Origin: Spirochaetia bacterium
GTDB taxonomy: Bacteria > Spirochaetota > Spirochaetia > SZUA-6 > Bin103
Direction: 5' to 3'
NCBI GenBank assembly: GCA_965203905.1
Contig: CBDBDQ010000005.1
Location: 5,728,001 to 5,792,000, forward strand
DNA: 64,000 nucleotides
Translations under genes and position numbers: made by a program
Shown here: one piece after another, positions 1 to 9,235 of the stretch
Numbering within the stretch: position 1 is the stretch's first letter
How the letters are laid out: every line of letters begins with the position of its first letter
Notes under the pieces: model-generated
The model's input: the letters and a program-made list of their open reading frames with translations, nothing else
What the model was told of the DNA's origin: nothing
Database searches by the model: none

Positions 1-2
1 TC

Positions 3-344
3 GCCACCCGCGCCACCGGGGTCTACAACTGGCTCGTCGTCGCCGCTGCCGCCGGCCTGCTGGGCGCGGTCGTCGCGGCTCGACTCCTGCGGGGAGCGCG
101 CCGGGCCCCCAGTGTGGCGCGCTACCTGCGCACCTGCGCCGCGGTCGCGGCGCAGGTCGCGGCACGGGGCGCGGGGGTGCTGATCGTCGTGCTGCTGGAG
201 GTGGCCCTGTTCGTGAGATGGGGAACCGTGCCCGGAGTGCTGGCCCTGCCCGTGGCGCTGCTCCTGGTCGGGCTGCTCCTGTTCATATATCCGGCAGGGA
301 CCGGTGCGGCGTCCATGCGCCAAAAACTGAGCCGGGAGAGTTGA
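3..344 (+). CDS. C-terminal part of a membrane protein (starts before the window)
   Basis: Frame is open from base 3 (ATRATGVYNWLVVAAAAGLLGAVV...) through ORF 114..344; several hydrophobic segments. Confidence 0.6.
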   Translation, partial: ATRATGVYNWLVVAAAAGLLGAVVAARLLRGARRAPSVARYLRTCAAVAAQVAARGAGVLIVVLLEVALFVRWGTVPGVLALPVALLLVGLLLFIYPAGTGAASMRQKLSRES

Positions 345-370
345 ACCGCGACCTGCGGGTAGCGTATACT
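341..370 (+). promoter_or_regulatory. Putative sigma70 promoter
   Basis: TTGAAC (341-346), 18-nt spacer, TATACT (365-370). Confidence 0.5.
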
Positions 371-376
371 CGCCTA

Positions 377-560
377 TAGCGGAGTCTTGGGAAAGCGGGT
401 TGCAGGGCGGTAGACCCGCGCCTTAGGTTTCGCCGGTCGCTGTCGATAATTAGGGTGTCGGTCGCAGGATTTAGTTCCCCTCCCAGTTTACTTCATTTTG
501 CGCCGGCACCTGAAAGGGTAGGTCGGTCCCCCAACGCGGGGGCCGGCCGTTTTCTTTTTT
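377..560 (+). ncRNA. Candidate small RNA or leader RNA upstream of PBP1A (family not recognised)
   Basis: Non-coding stretch between a promoter and a strong intrinsic terminator; internal hairpins; C-rich TTCCCCTCCC motif at 475-484. Confidence 0.4.
521..560 (+). terminator. Rho-independent terminator
   Basis: Stem GGTCGGTCCCC/GGGGGCCGGCC followed by TTTTCTTTTTT. Confidence 0.8.
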
Positions 561-597
561 GGCTCCCGCGGGGGCGGGACTGACCCCTGGAACGCAA

Positions 598-3081
598 ATG
601 CGCGGGCTGACCGGATCCTCGTTCAGCCGGGCGCAGGTTACCGTCTGCCTGCTGGTGGCGCTGGTGGTGGGAGCCGCCTGCGGCGTTGCCATTGCCGCTA
701 CCGGCAACATTCGCAGCCTCGACGTGTATGAGCGCGACCGACCGGCGCTGCCCACCAGGATACTGGATCGTCACGGGCGCCTGATCACCGAGTTCTTCCG
801 CGACCAGAAGCGCGAGATCATACGCGTCGAGGAGATCTCGCCCCACCTGATCCAGGCGTTGTTGACGCGTGAGGATCGGCACTTCTTCCAGCATCCCGGA
901 TTCCGCATCCCGGACACGATCCGGGCGGCCTGGAACATGGTCAGCGGCCGCTTCTGGTCGGGCGGCTCCACCATCACCCAGCAACTCGCCGGCTCGGTCT
1001 ACGCCGATCGCACCGAGATCACCATCCGCCGCAAGCTGGTGGAGCTGTGGTGGGCGATCCAGTTGGAACGCTGGCTGACCAAGAACGAAATCCTGGAACG
1101 CTATCTCAACCTGGTGTACTTCGGGGAGGGGACCTACGGGGTGGAGGCCGCCTCCCAGTTCTACTTCAAGCACTCGGCCCGCGACGTGAGCGTGGCCGAG
1201 GCGGCGATGCTGGTGATCCAGCTCAACCGGCCGGGAGGAAACTCGCCGATCAACCACCCCAACCGCGCCCGCACGCTGCAGCGCGAAATCCTCGACCAGA
1301 TGGTGGAACTCGGTTTCGCCACCGCGGCGGAGGCCGACCGCTCCTTCCGCCAGTACTGGGACAACTACGACTTTACCCGATCCAACCGTTCCACCGCCTT
1401 CCTGGAACGCGCGGACGCGTCACCCTACTTCAGCGAATACGTGCGCGGCCGGCTGGACGAGCTGCTACTGGGCTCGATGGACGTGTATCAGGATGGTCTG
1501 ATCGTCCACACCACCCTCGATCTGGACTATCAGCGCGCCGCCGAAGCGGTGCTGACCAGCCATCTGCAGCGGGTCAACGATGCTCGCAGCACCGCGGCAC
1601 GGGCGCGGATCGAGGTAGCCGACGACAGTTTCCTGCCGCTCGTCGATCTGCTTTCGCTCACCTTCAACATCGACCACCTGCGGGTGGCGGGTATCCGCGA
1701 GCGCAAGCAGGGCACCGAGCAGTTCATCGGGGAGCTGGCCCCGGCACTCGATCTGCTGGGCATGACGCTCGATGCCGAGGACCTGCGCTTCGTTTCCCGG
1801 GCGGCCTACAGCCGCGGCGACAAGGAGTCGAAGCGCACTCAGGTCGAGGGTGCGCTGATCACCCTCGATGCCGGCAGCGGTCACATCCTGGCCATGGTCG
1901 GCGGCAGCAAGTTCGAGACGGGGAACCAGTTCAACCGCGCCACCCAGGGACGACTGCAGCCGGGCTCGGCGTTCAAACCGCTCTACTACTCGGCTGCGCT
2001 CAGTTCCCGCAGCTTCACTCCCGCCTCGATGATCGTCGACGCCCCGGTGGTGTTCGTGAATGACGATGGAACCCAGTACGTACCGCTGAACTACAAGGGA
2101 GAGTGGCAGGGACCGGTGCTGCTGCGCACCGCGCTGGCCCGTTCCATGAACGTGCCCTCGCTCAAGGTGCTGGACGAGATCGGCTTCGACGCCGCTATCG
2201 AACGCGCCAGCCGGATGCTGGGCATTTCGGCGGCGGACGAGATCGAGAGCACGTTTCCGCGCAAGTATCCGCTGGGCCTCGGCGTGATCGCGGTGTCGCC
2301 GCTGCAGATGGCGCAGGCCTACGCGACGTTCGCGAACGAAGGCAGGGCGGTCACGCCGCTCGCGATTCAGTACATCATGGACCGCAACGGACGGATGGTG
2401 CTGGAGGTGGAGAAGGAGCTGCGCGCCCGGCAGCGAACCGAACAGCGCGCGCGCCAGATCATGAGTCCGCAGGTGGCGTACATCATGACGCACCTGCTGC
2501 AGAGCACCGTACAGTGGGGCACCCTCCGCTGGGCCACCAGCTTGGTAGAAGGCTTCGAAACCGACACCGCCGGCAAGACCGGGACCACGCAGAACTGGTC
2601 GGACGCCTGGACCGTGGGCTTCACCCCGGAGCAGGCCACGGCCGTGTGGATGGGTTTCGACGAACGCGGCGAGACCCTGGGGCTGACCCTGACGGGCGCC
2701 ACGGCGACCGGTCCGGCGTGGTCCGAGTACATGAAGGCGATAGAGCCGGAACGAGCGCGCTACTTCGTACGCCCGTCGACCGGGTTGATCGAGGTCACCG
2801 TCAACGCCCACTCCGGGTTGCTCCCGTCCGGCGCGCCCGGGGAAGAGATCATTCCGGAGATCTTCCTTACCGGCACCGACCCCAAGGAACGGGATGGCAT
2901 GCTCGCGTACGAGACCGAGCGGCGTGCGGAGGTGATCGCGAACCTGCGCAGCTCCATGCTGGCCATCGACGTGGGGCCGCCGCTGGGCCTCGCCCTGGAT
3001 GCCCCAAGTCTGATTGCCGACGCCGGTTCGCCACCACAGCAGGGGACTGCGCTGCCGCGGAGGAATCCGCTGCTCGACTGA
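598..3081 (+). CDS. mrcA: Class A penicillin-binding protein (PBP1A family; transglycosylase + transpeptidase)
   Basis: EDRHFFQHPG, GGSTITQQLA, RKLVE, KNEILERYLN transglycosylase motifs; SAFK, SMN, KTGT transpeptidase motifs. ATG at 598 preferred over TTG at 559, which lies in the terminator tail. Confidence 0.93.
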   Translation: MRGLTGSSFSRAQVTVCLLVALVVGAACGVAIAATGNIRSLDVYERDRPALPTRILDRHGRLITEFFRDQKREIIRVEEISPHLIQALLTREDRHFFQHPGFRIPDTIRAAWNMVSGRFWSGGSTITQQLAGSVYADRTEITIRRKLVELWWAIQLERWLTKNEILERYLNLVYFGEGTYGVEAASQFYFKHSARDVSVAEAAMLVIQLNRPGGNSPINHPNRARTLQREILDQMVELGFATAAEADRSFRQYWDNYDFTRSNRSTAFLERADASPYFSEYVRGRLDELLLGSMDVYQDGLIVHTTLDLDYQRAAEAVLTSHLQRVNDARSTAARARIEVADDSFLPLVDLLSLTFNIDHLRVAGIRERKQGTEQFIGELAPALDLLGMTLDAEDLRFVSRAAYSRGDKESKRTQVEGALITLDAGSGHILAMVGGSKFETGNQFNRATQGRLQPGSAFKPLYYSAALSSRSFTPASMIVDAPVVFVNDDGTQYVPLNYKGEWQGPVLLRTALARSMNVPSLKVLDEIGFDAAIERASRMLGISAADEIESTFPRKYPLGLGVIAVSPLQMAQAYATFANEGRAVTPLAIQYIMDRNGRMVLEVEKELRARQRTEQRARQIMSPQVAYIMTHLLQSTVQWGTLRWATSLVEGFETDTAGKTGTTQNWSDAWTVGFTPEQATAVWMGFDERGETLGLTLTGATATGPAWSEYMKAIEPERARYFVRPSTGLIEVTVNAHSGLLPSGAPGEEIIPEIFLTGTDPKERDGMLAYETERRAEVIANLRSSMLAIDVGPPLGLALDAPSLIADAGSPPQQGTALPRRNPLLD

Positions 3082-3464
3082 TGGAACTACGTTACTCCCA
3101 CGATCATCATTGGGTACGGCGCGATTCGTTGCGGCGGGTCACCGTGGGCCTCTCCGACTTTGCGCAGCGGGAGCTCGGCGAGATCGCCTATCTCGAGCTG
3201 CCGGGGATCGGCATGCAGGTCGCAGCCGGGACCGCCGTCTGCGCCGTGGAGTCACTCAAGTCGGCGGGCGAACTGTACGCGCCGGTGACCGGGACCGTGG
3301 TGGAGTGCAATGCGGCGCTGGCGGCCGAGGGAGGCCAGGCGCTGATCAACCGGGATCCGCTGGGCGCGGGCTGGATCTTCGCCATGGAGATGGACGAACC
3401 GGCCGAGTTCGACCAGCTGTTGTCCGCCGCCGACTACGCTCGTCTCACCGCTACCGACCTCTGA
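3081..3464 (+). CDS. gcvH: Glycine cleavage system H protein (lipoyl carrier)
   Basis: LRYSHDHHWV, VGLSDFAQRELGEI, VESLKSA lipoyl-lysine, INRDPLGAGWIF; ATG overlaps the PBP1A stop (TGATG). Confidence 0.92.
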   Translation: MELRYSHDHHWVRRDSLRRVTVGLSDFAQRELGEIAYLELPGIGMQVAAGTAVCAVESLKSAGELYAPVTGTVVECNAALAAEGGQALINRDPLGAGWIFAMEMDEPAEFDQLLSAADYARLTATDL

Positions 3465-3480
3465 CGCCGATACATAGAGT

Positions 3481-3873
3481 ATGGAAGTTCGCATCGACTC
3501 CGTAGTGGTGCGCAAACGAATTCGCTCCGATCTCGGCGACCTGGAACCGATGATGGACAGTCTGCGCCGTCACGGACAGCTCAACCCGATCCTGATCAAT
3601 CGCCGGTCCGAACTGATTGCCGGCCACCGCCGTCTCGAGTCGGCGCGGCGGCTGGGATGGACCAGCGTTCAGGCGGTAATGGTGGAGCACGTGAGCGATC
3701 AGCGCATGTTGGAGTTGGAGATCGAGGAGAACGTGCAACGCAGGCAACTCGACGCGGACGAGCTCGCCGCCGCCTTGCTGCGCCTGGAGCGGCTCCGGCA
3801 GCAGGGTTGCCTCCAGCGGGTGCTGCACCGGTGCGGCGACCTCTGGCGCCGGCTGCTGCTGCGCCGCGCGTGA
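3481..3873 (+). CDS. Short protein with only a ParB N-terminal (ParB/Srx CTPase-like) domain
   Basis: SLRRHGQLNPILI, LIAGHRRL, EENVQRRQL motifs; 130 aa; no HTH recognisable. Confidence 0.85.
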   Translation: MEVRIDSVVVRKRIRSDLGDLEPMMDSLRRHGQLNPILINRRSELIAGHRRLESARRLGWTSVQAVMVEHVSDQRMLELEIEENVQRRQLDADELAAALLRLERLRQQGCLQRVLHRCGDLWRRLLLRRA

Positions 3874-3900
3874 TACGTAGTACCCCACGCGGTACGACTG

Positions 3901-5691
3901 CTACCGCCCTACCTGCTTGACCAGTTGCTGCCGTGCCACGGAATACCAGAGCGGGCGTCCGTGGGGGCAATGCTGCAAATCGATGTCGAAGGAGCGCCGG
4001 ACGATCGTCCTGGCTGCTTCCGGGTCCAACACCTCGCCATCCTTGACCGCCAATTTGCACGCCATGTCGGCGAGCACGGCACGTTCCAGGTCGGCCTCGC
4101 TACCGCGCACCCCGGCTACGTAATCGGCCAGCCATTCCGCGGAGAGCTGGTGCAGCGGCTCGGCCAGGGCGATGATCCGTGCCGGCCGCCGCCCCACACG
4201 CTCGATCACGATACCCAGCTTGCGCAGCAGCTCGCAGGCACCGGACACCGCCTCGGCGGCGGCGGGGTCCAGCTCCAGCTCGATCGGAAGCAGCAGTTGC
4301 TGGACCGGAAACGCACGCCGCCGCAACTCCTCGTAGAGCACACGCTCATGGGCCGCGTGCTGGTCCACGAAGTAGAGGCTGGATCCGATCTCGACCAGGA
4401 GAAACAGTCCCAGGGCCTGTCCGACGTAACGCAGGCCGCCGCTGACGTCGGGCATGACTTGCGTCCCCGCCGATTCGGCGGGCACTGCGCTGGGGCCGGG
4501 AGTGACGGTGGCGGCCGGTCCGGATGTCGGGGCACCGGCAGCCGCCGCCAGGTCAGCGGCGGCCGCGGCGACGGGGGCGGCCACCGCGTCCGGCTTGGGC
4601 TGCGCCGGAGGAGCGGCCGCTACCGGTGCCGCGGGCCGAGCCGGCGTGAACGGAAGCCTTCCGGCCGCCGGCGTATCCACCGCGGCGAGCGGAGAGTGAT
4701 GGCCGAACTGCGGCGCCACCTCCTGTACCACGCGCACCACCGCCTGGTGCAGGGGGGCCAGGTTGCGAAAGCGAGCTTCCCGCTTTGCCGGATGCACGTT
4801 GAAGTCCACCAGTTGGGGGTCGATTTCCACGAACAGACAGGCGACCGGGTGGCGGCCGCCGGGCAGCAGGGCGGCGTAGCCATACTCCACCGCCTGGGCC
4901 AGGCCGAACTGCTGGATGCGGCGGCGGTTGACGAAGACCATCAGCCGCGACCGGTCGCGGCCGGCCAGTTCCGGACGGGCTCCGATGACGGTGACGTGAA
5001 AGTCGGCGAAGCGGCGCTGTGCCTGGAACAGGTCGGACGGCGCGACGCGGCCGCCGAGGGCGTCGGCCACGCGCTGCAATGGCGTGGTCGCCGGCAGCGC
5101 CGTGTCGGAGCCGCCGTCCACGGTGAGGCGAAACGTGACCTTGGGATGGGCCAGCGCCTTCTCCAGCAGCATCCGCCGGCAGAGGGCGGTTTCGGTCCCG
5201 GGCCGGCGCAGGAAACGCCTCCGGGCCGGCAAGTCCGCGAACAGGCGCGTCACCTGGACCCGGGTACCTGCGGCGGCGGCGGTGCCGGTCACCTGGCGCC
5301 GCCCGGAGCTGGCCACCAGCCGCATCGCAGCCGCCGCGGCAGGGGTCCGGCTGACTACCTCCAGCCGCGCACACGCGGCGATGCTGGCCAGTGCCTCGCC
5401 GCGGAATCCCAAAGTGGTCACCCGCTGCAGGTCACGCTCGTCGACAATCTTGGAGGTGGCATGGCGCAGTGCTACCCGGTCCAGATCGGCGCGGCCAATG
5501 CCGTGGCCATTGTCGCGCACCGCCACCAGCCCGAGTCCCCCGGAGTGCAGCTCCACGTCGATCGCGTCGGCCCCGGCATCGATGGCGTTGTCCAGCAGCT
5601 CACGCACGATGGAGAAGGGGCGGTCGATTACTTCGCCGGCGGCAATCCGGCCGGCCACCTGCTCATCGAGCTGGCGGATGGCAGCTTCCAT
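3901..5691 (-). CDS. mutL: DNA mismatch repair endonuclease MutL
   Basis: IAAGEVIDRP, ELLDNAIDAGA, HATSKI, LGFRGEAL, VDFNVHPAKRE, DQHAAHER, ACK and CPHGRP motifs. Confidence 0.96.
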   Translation of the reverse strand: MEAAIRQLDEQVAGRIAAGEVIDRPFSIVRELLDNAIDAGADAIDVELHSGGLGLVAVRDNGHGIGRADLDRVALRHATSKIVDERDLQRVTTLGFRGEALASIAACARLEVVSRTPAAAAAMRLVASSGRRQVTGTAAAAGTRVQVTRLFADLPARRRFLRRPGTETALCRRMLLEKALAHPKVTFRLTVDGGSDTALPATTPLQRVADALGGRVAPSDLFQAQRRFADFHVTVIGARPELAGRDRSRLMVFVNRRRIQQFGLAQAVEYGYAALLPGGRHPVACLFVEIDPQLVDFNVHPAKREARFRNLAPLHQAVVRVVQEVAPQFGHHSPLAAVDTPAAGRLPFTPARPAAPVAAAPPAQPKPDAVAAPVAAAAADLAAAAGAPTSGPAATVTPGPSAVPAESAGTQVMPDVSGGLRYVGQALGLFLLVEIGSSLYFVDQHAAHERVLYEELRRRAFPVQQLLLPIELELDPAAAEAVSGACELLRKLGIVIERVGRRPARIIALAEPLHQLSAEWLADYVAGVRGSEADLERAVLADMACKLAVKDGEVLDPEAARTIVRRSFDIDLQHCPHGRPLWYSVARQQLVKQVGR

Positions 5692-5748
5692 CAGCGAGCC
5701 GGAACCGTTGCGCCGCGGACTCCTGGTATACTGGAGGTCATTCCTCTC

Positions 5749-6036
5749 ATGGTCGTCTCATTGCTCCATCTGGTGATCGATCTGCCCGGTGTCGGCTCGC
5801 TCAAGGAGAAACGCCGAGCCGTCGGTTCGCTGAAGGACCGGATCCGTAGCAAGTACAAGGTATCCGTTGCCGAAGTCGGCGCCAATGAGCTGTGGCACGT
5901 TGCCGAGATCGGCTGCGCCGTGGTCTCCAACTCGCACACGTTCGGCGAGACCGTACTGCACAAGATCATCGCCTTCGCGGAGGAGAACTCGGCGTTCCCG
6001 ATTCGCAGCGCCCAGGTGTTCTCCGAGCATTACTGA
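5749..6036 (+). CDS. DUF503 (YlxP-like) protein
   Basis: MVVSLLHLVIDLPGVGSLKEKRRAVGSLKDRIRSKYKVSVAEV; GGAGG and an extended -10 (TGgTATACT) upstream. Confidence 0.88.
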   Translation: MVVSLLHLVIDLPGVGSLKEKRRAVGSLKDRIRSKYKVSVAEVGANELWHVAEIGCAVVSNSHTFGETVLHKIIAFAEENSAFPIRSAQVFSEHY

Positions 6037-6117
6037 CAGCATCCGGGTGCGGTGTCGCCGGCGCGCCTTGATCGGGGGAGATCGATCTGGTACCTAGGCC
6101 AGGTGCGGGGAACGAGG

Positions 6118-6756
6118 ATGCTGCGTGGCCTGGCGCTGATCCTGGGCGTTACCATGGGTTCGAGTTGCGCGGAAGACGAGCCGCCCCCCGCCGTGGCGGA
6201 GCCCGCGGCGGAGGCGCTGTCCACCGGCATCGGCACGGCGGGGCCGGTCTCTGCCACGGAGCCGGGTGCGCCGCCACCGGGGGCGCCCGCGGTCGCCCCT
6301 CACCTGCTCTACCCGCGCGGAGTGCGTGTCACCCCGAACGACTACTCGATCGGGCCGCTGCAGGATCTGCTCGCCGCGGCGGGGCCGGAGAACGCCGTCA
6401 CCCGCACGCTGGTCACCTTTCTTCGGGCCCTGGCGGAAGGCGCCGTCGAGGGCGAGGCAGTCGCGCCCGACCGGCTGCGGAGCCTGAGGCGCTCGCTGGA
6501 GTACCACCTGACCGCGGAAACGCTGCCCCACGCCGTGCGCGTAGGCGAGATCACGCTGGCCGAGCGGCAGGCGCAGGTCGCCATCCGGCTGTTTGGGAAT
6601 CCGGGGCGGGTAGCCGGGGAGATCTATCTCGAAGCAGGCGCGGAGGGCTGGCGCATCGTGGACGTCCAACTCGACCTGGCTCGGCTGGCACTGCCGTACA
6701 CCCCGCGGGAGCAGGAGTTCGTGCCGAGCAGCGACCGCTGGCTGCTGGTTCGGTGA
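6118..6756 (+). CDS. Hypothetical lipoprotein
   Basis: MLRGLALILGVTMGSSC signal peptide/lipobox, Pro/Ala linker, globular C-terminus. Confidence 0.65.
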   Translation: MLRGLALILGVTMGSSCAEDEPPPAVAEPAAEALSTGIGTAGPVSATEPGAPPPGAPAVAPHLLYPRGVRVTPNDYSIGPLQDLLAAAGPENAVTRTLVTFLRALAEGAVEGEAVAPDRLRSLRRSLEYHLTAETLPHAVRVGEITLAERQAQVAIRLFGNPGRVAGEIYLEAGAEGWRIVDVQLDLARLALPYTPREQEFVPSSDRWLLVR

Positions 6757-8387
6757 TGCGACGTTCCCGACACCCGCGGATATCGGCAGCCGCGGCAGGG
6801 CTGCTGCTTTGCTTCCTGGTTCTGGCAACGGTACCGCTCGCCGCGCAATCGATCGTCGCCGAGCCACTGTCCGGGTTCTCCGCGCCGAGCGCGGTCGAGG
6901 CGATCGACTTCGTGGCGCTTCGCGCCGTGGACTTCCTGCTGGAGCAACTCCCCGACACGTCCGGCGAGGCTCTGTGGCTGGCGCCGGTCCTGACCGATAC
7001 CGCTGCCGCGACCCGCCTCGGGCACCGCCTGCAGAGTGCGCTCCACCTGCAGCTGCTGGACCAGTATCGACGTGCCACGGTGCATGCCGTGGCAACGCTG
7101 TCCCCCTATCCGGGAGCGACCGCGACGGCGGATGGCTGGCACCCCGCGGCGGCACCCGGCTCCGATAGCGTGCTGGCATTGGAGATCCAACCCTTTCGCG
7201 GCACCATCCGGTTCGTGCTGCGACTGCTGCGGGCCGGTGAGCTGCGGGCCGGCGAGCTGATCGATGTTGCCGCCTTTCCGGAGCTGTACGAGTTGCTCCA
7301 CAACCCCGCAGCCCGCCCCGCCGAGCCGCCCGCCGCGGGCGCTGCACCGGTGCCCGCGGCGCCGCCGACGGCAGATCCGTATGAACCGGACGATGATCCC
7401 GGTCTCGAGGTGGTCGTGGACCTGACCGCACGAACCGAGCTCGACCGCGTGCTGGGTCGCGGTGACCGCGACCGCTTCGCGTTCCTGGTCAGCGAAGCCA
7501 CCCTGGTGCTGGTAGAGACCATGACCGAGCTCGACACGCAGCTCCTGCTGTACCGCGAGCGCGAGCGCGTCCCGTTCGCGGCAAGCGGCTCGGTTCCCGC
7601 CGGCGGTGGCGCACGGCTGGAGTTGAGTCTCACCGCCGGCTGGTACGTGGCGGAGGTGGTCGGCTTCAGTGACGACACCACCGGCGACTACCGGATTGCG
7701 ATCGGTCACGGCGACCCGCGCCGGGAACCGAGCGCCCTGCCGCGGGTTCCGCTGCCTGCCACCATCACGCCGGACCGGGGACAGACCCGTTACACCAGCG
7801 ACGGCGAGGACTGGATCGAGCTGCAGGTGCCCGCGCCCGGCTTCTACCTGCTGGAAGCGCGGTCGTTCGGCGTGCCGCTGAGCCTGTCGCTGTACCATGA
7901 CCGTGCCGCTGCGCCGGTGGTGGCGCCGCGGTCGGTCGCGACCGGAAGCGGCGTGGAGCAGCGTGCCAGACCGGCGGCGCGGCGGGTCGACGACGCCGTG
8001 GCGCTGTTTGCCGACCGCCGTGCCGTACACGCCCGCGTCGCTACCTCCACCGGGCAGGAGGCGGCTTACCACCTGTTGTTCAGGCCGCTCAGTCCACCGC
8101 GCCGGTTCGCCGACGGCGCGCCGTTTGCGCTCGAGGTCGATCACGGGGTCGCATACCACACCCTGCGCATCTTCGGAGCCGGCACCTACACGGCCACGAT
8201 TCGGGACCGGTCGGACGGGCTGAACCTGCGGGTATTCGGCGTGCCGGAGATGGAACTGATCAACGGAAACACGGAGTTCGACCTGGCGGCGGGGGACTAC
8301 CTGGTCGAACTCGTCGTGCCGGAGCCGCGCCAGCACGTGTGGGTGTGTTGGGTCGCTTCCGGGGCGGCGCTGCGCTGCGGCGGTTGA
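6756..8387 (+). CDS. Secreted protein with pre-peptidase C-terminal (PPC)-like beta domains
   Basis: Signal peptide MRRSRHPRISAAAAGLLLCFLVLATVPLAAQ; DPYEPDD...GDRDRFAF...LDTQLLLY...LTAGWYVAEV...TGDYRI pattern; TGATG coupling to the upstream gene. Confidence 0.65.
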   Translation: MRRSRHPRISAAAAGLLLCFLVLATVPLAAQSIVAEPLSGFSAPSAVEAIDFVALRAVDFLLEQLPDTSGEALWLAPVLTDTAAATRLGHRLQSALHLQLLDQYRRATVHAVATLSPYPGATATADGWHPAAAPGSDSVLALEIQPFRGTIRFVLRLLRAGELRAGELIDVAAFPELYELLHNPAARPAEPPAAGAAPVPAAPPTADPYEPDDDPGLEVVVDLTARTELDRVLGRGDRDRFAFLVSEATLVLVETMTELDTQLLLYRERERVPFAASGSVPAGGGARLELSLTAGWYVAEVVGFSDDTTGDYRIAIGHGDPRREPSALPRVPLPATITPDRGQTRYTSDGEDWIELQVPAPGFYLLEARSFGVPLSLSLYHDRAAAPVVAPRSVATGSGVEQRARPAARRVDDAVALFADRRAVHARVATSTGQEAAYHLLFRPLSPPRRFADGAPFALEVDHGVAYHTLRIFGAGTYTATIRDRSDGLNLRVFGVPEMELINGNTEFDLAAGDYLVELVVPEPRQHVWVCWVASGAALRCGG

Positions 8388-8411
8388 CACGTGGTACGGT
8401 GCGGCTAGATT
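8384..8411 (+). promoter_or_regulatory. Putative sigma70 promoter of the rpsF operon
   Basis: TTGACA (8384-8389), 16-nt spacer, TAGATT (8406-8411). Confidence 0.5.
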
Positions 8412-8444
8412 ATAGGAGCAATACGTGCCAGTTCGGAGTGGTAT

Positions 8445-8765
8445 TTGACGTCATACGAGGCTTCCTTCGTGTTCCGCGTGGAGGCAGAGGCAACAGAGCG
8501 CGGCAAGCAAGCGGTCCAGGAGATATTTTCCAAGGCTGGAGTTCGCATCACCAATGAGAATGATATCGGTGAGCGAGTGCTCGCTTACCCGATCGCCAAG
8601 CAGGAACGGGGCCACTACACCTTGTACGAGATCGAGACCGATCCCCAGAGCGTTCAGGGGCTGTATCAGGCGGCGGGTCTGCTTCCGGACGTGCTGAAGT
8701 GTTTCATCGTGCGGCGCGAGCCGCTGCTGCCGAAACCTGTTGCGGTGCGGAAGGCCGGGGATTAG
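8445..8765 (+). CDS. rpsF: 30S ribosomal protein S6
   Basis: YEASFVF, GERVLAYPIAKQERGHY; first gene of rpsF-ssb-rpsR. Confidence 0.92.
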   Translation: MTSYEASFVFRVEAEATERGKQAVQEIFSKAGVRITNENDIGERVLAYPIAKQERGHYTLYEIETDPQSVQGLYQAAGLLPDVLKCFIVRREPLLPKPVAVRKAGD

Positions 8766-8766
8766 C

Positions 8767-9216
8767 ATGGCCGATATCAATCATGTCACGTTGGTGGGTC
8801 GGCTCACGCGCGACGCGGAGTTGAAATACACCAATTCGGGCCAGGCGGTCTCCAACATATCGCTGGCGGTGAACCAGCGGCGCAGACGCGACGACCAGTG
8901 GGTCGATGAGGCGCACTTCTTCGATTGCGTCGTGTGGGGCCGCACCGCCGAGGTGTTAAACCCCTATCTGGTAAAAGGAAAACAGGTAGGTGTCGAGGGC
9001 CAGCTGCGCCAGAACCGCTGGGAACAGGAGGGGCGCACGCGTAGCAGAGTGGAGATTTCAGTCAACAACATCCAGCTCCTCGGCGGGCGCAACGATCAAT
9101 CGCCGCGCGAGGAGCAGGGCGCGGCTCCCAGTACCCGACCTTCCGCTGTTGCCCCTGCTCGCGGGTCTGGAGGGATTCCTCCAGCCGACGAATTTGACGA
9201 CGACATTCCGTTCTGA
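8767..9216 (+). CDS. ssb: Single-stranded DNA-binding protein
   Basis: [19 protein letters not shown]; C-terminal DDDIPF. Confidence 0.97.
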   Translation: MADINHVTLVGRLTRDAELKYTNSGQAVSNISLAVNQRRRRDDQWVDEAHFFDCVVWGRTAEVLNPYLVKGKQVGVEGQLRQNRWEQEGRTRSRVEISVNNIQLLGGRNDQSPREEQGAAPSTRPSAVAPARGSGGIPPADEFDDDIPF

Positions 9217-9235
9217 CGCTTTGAGGATACTGTCC

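Noticed and set aside
377-560. Assignment of the candidate RNA as 6S RNA, T-box, glycine or c-di-AMP riboswitch
   Set aside because: Length fits 6S and AATTAGGGTG resembles part of a T-box, but I could not find the remaining consensus elements or the 6S long-hairpin fold.
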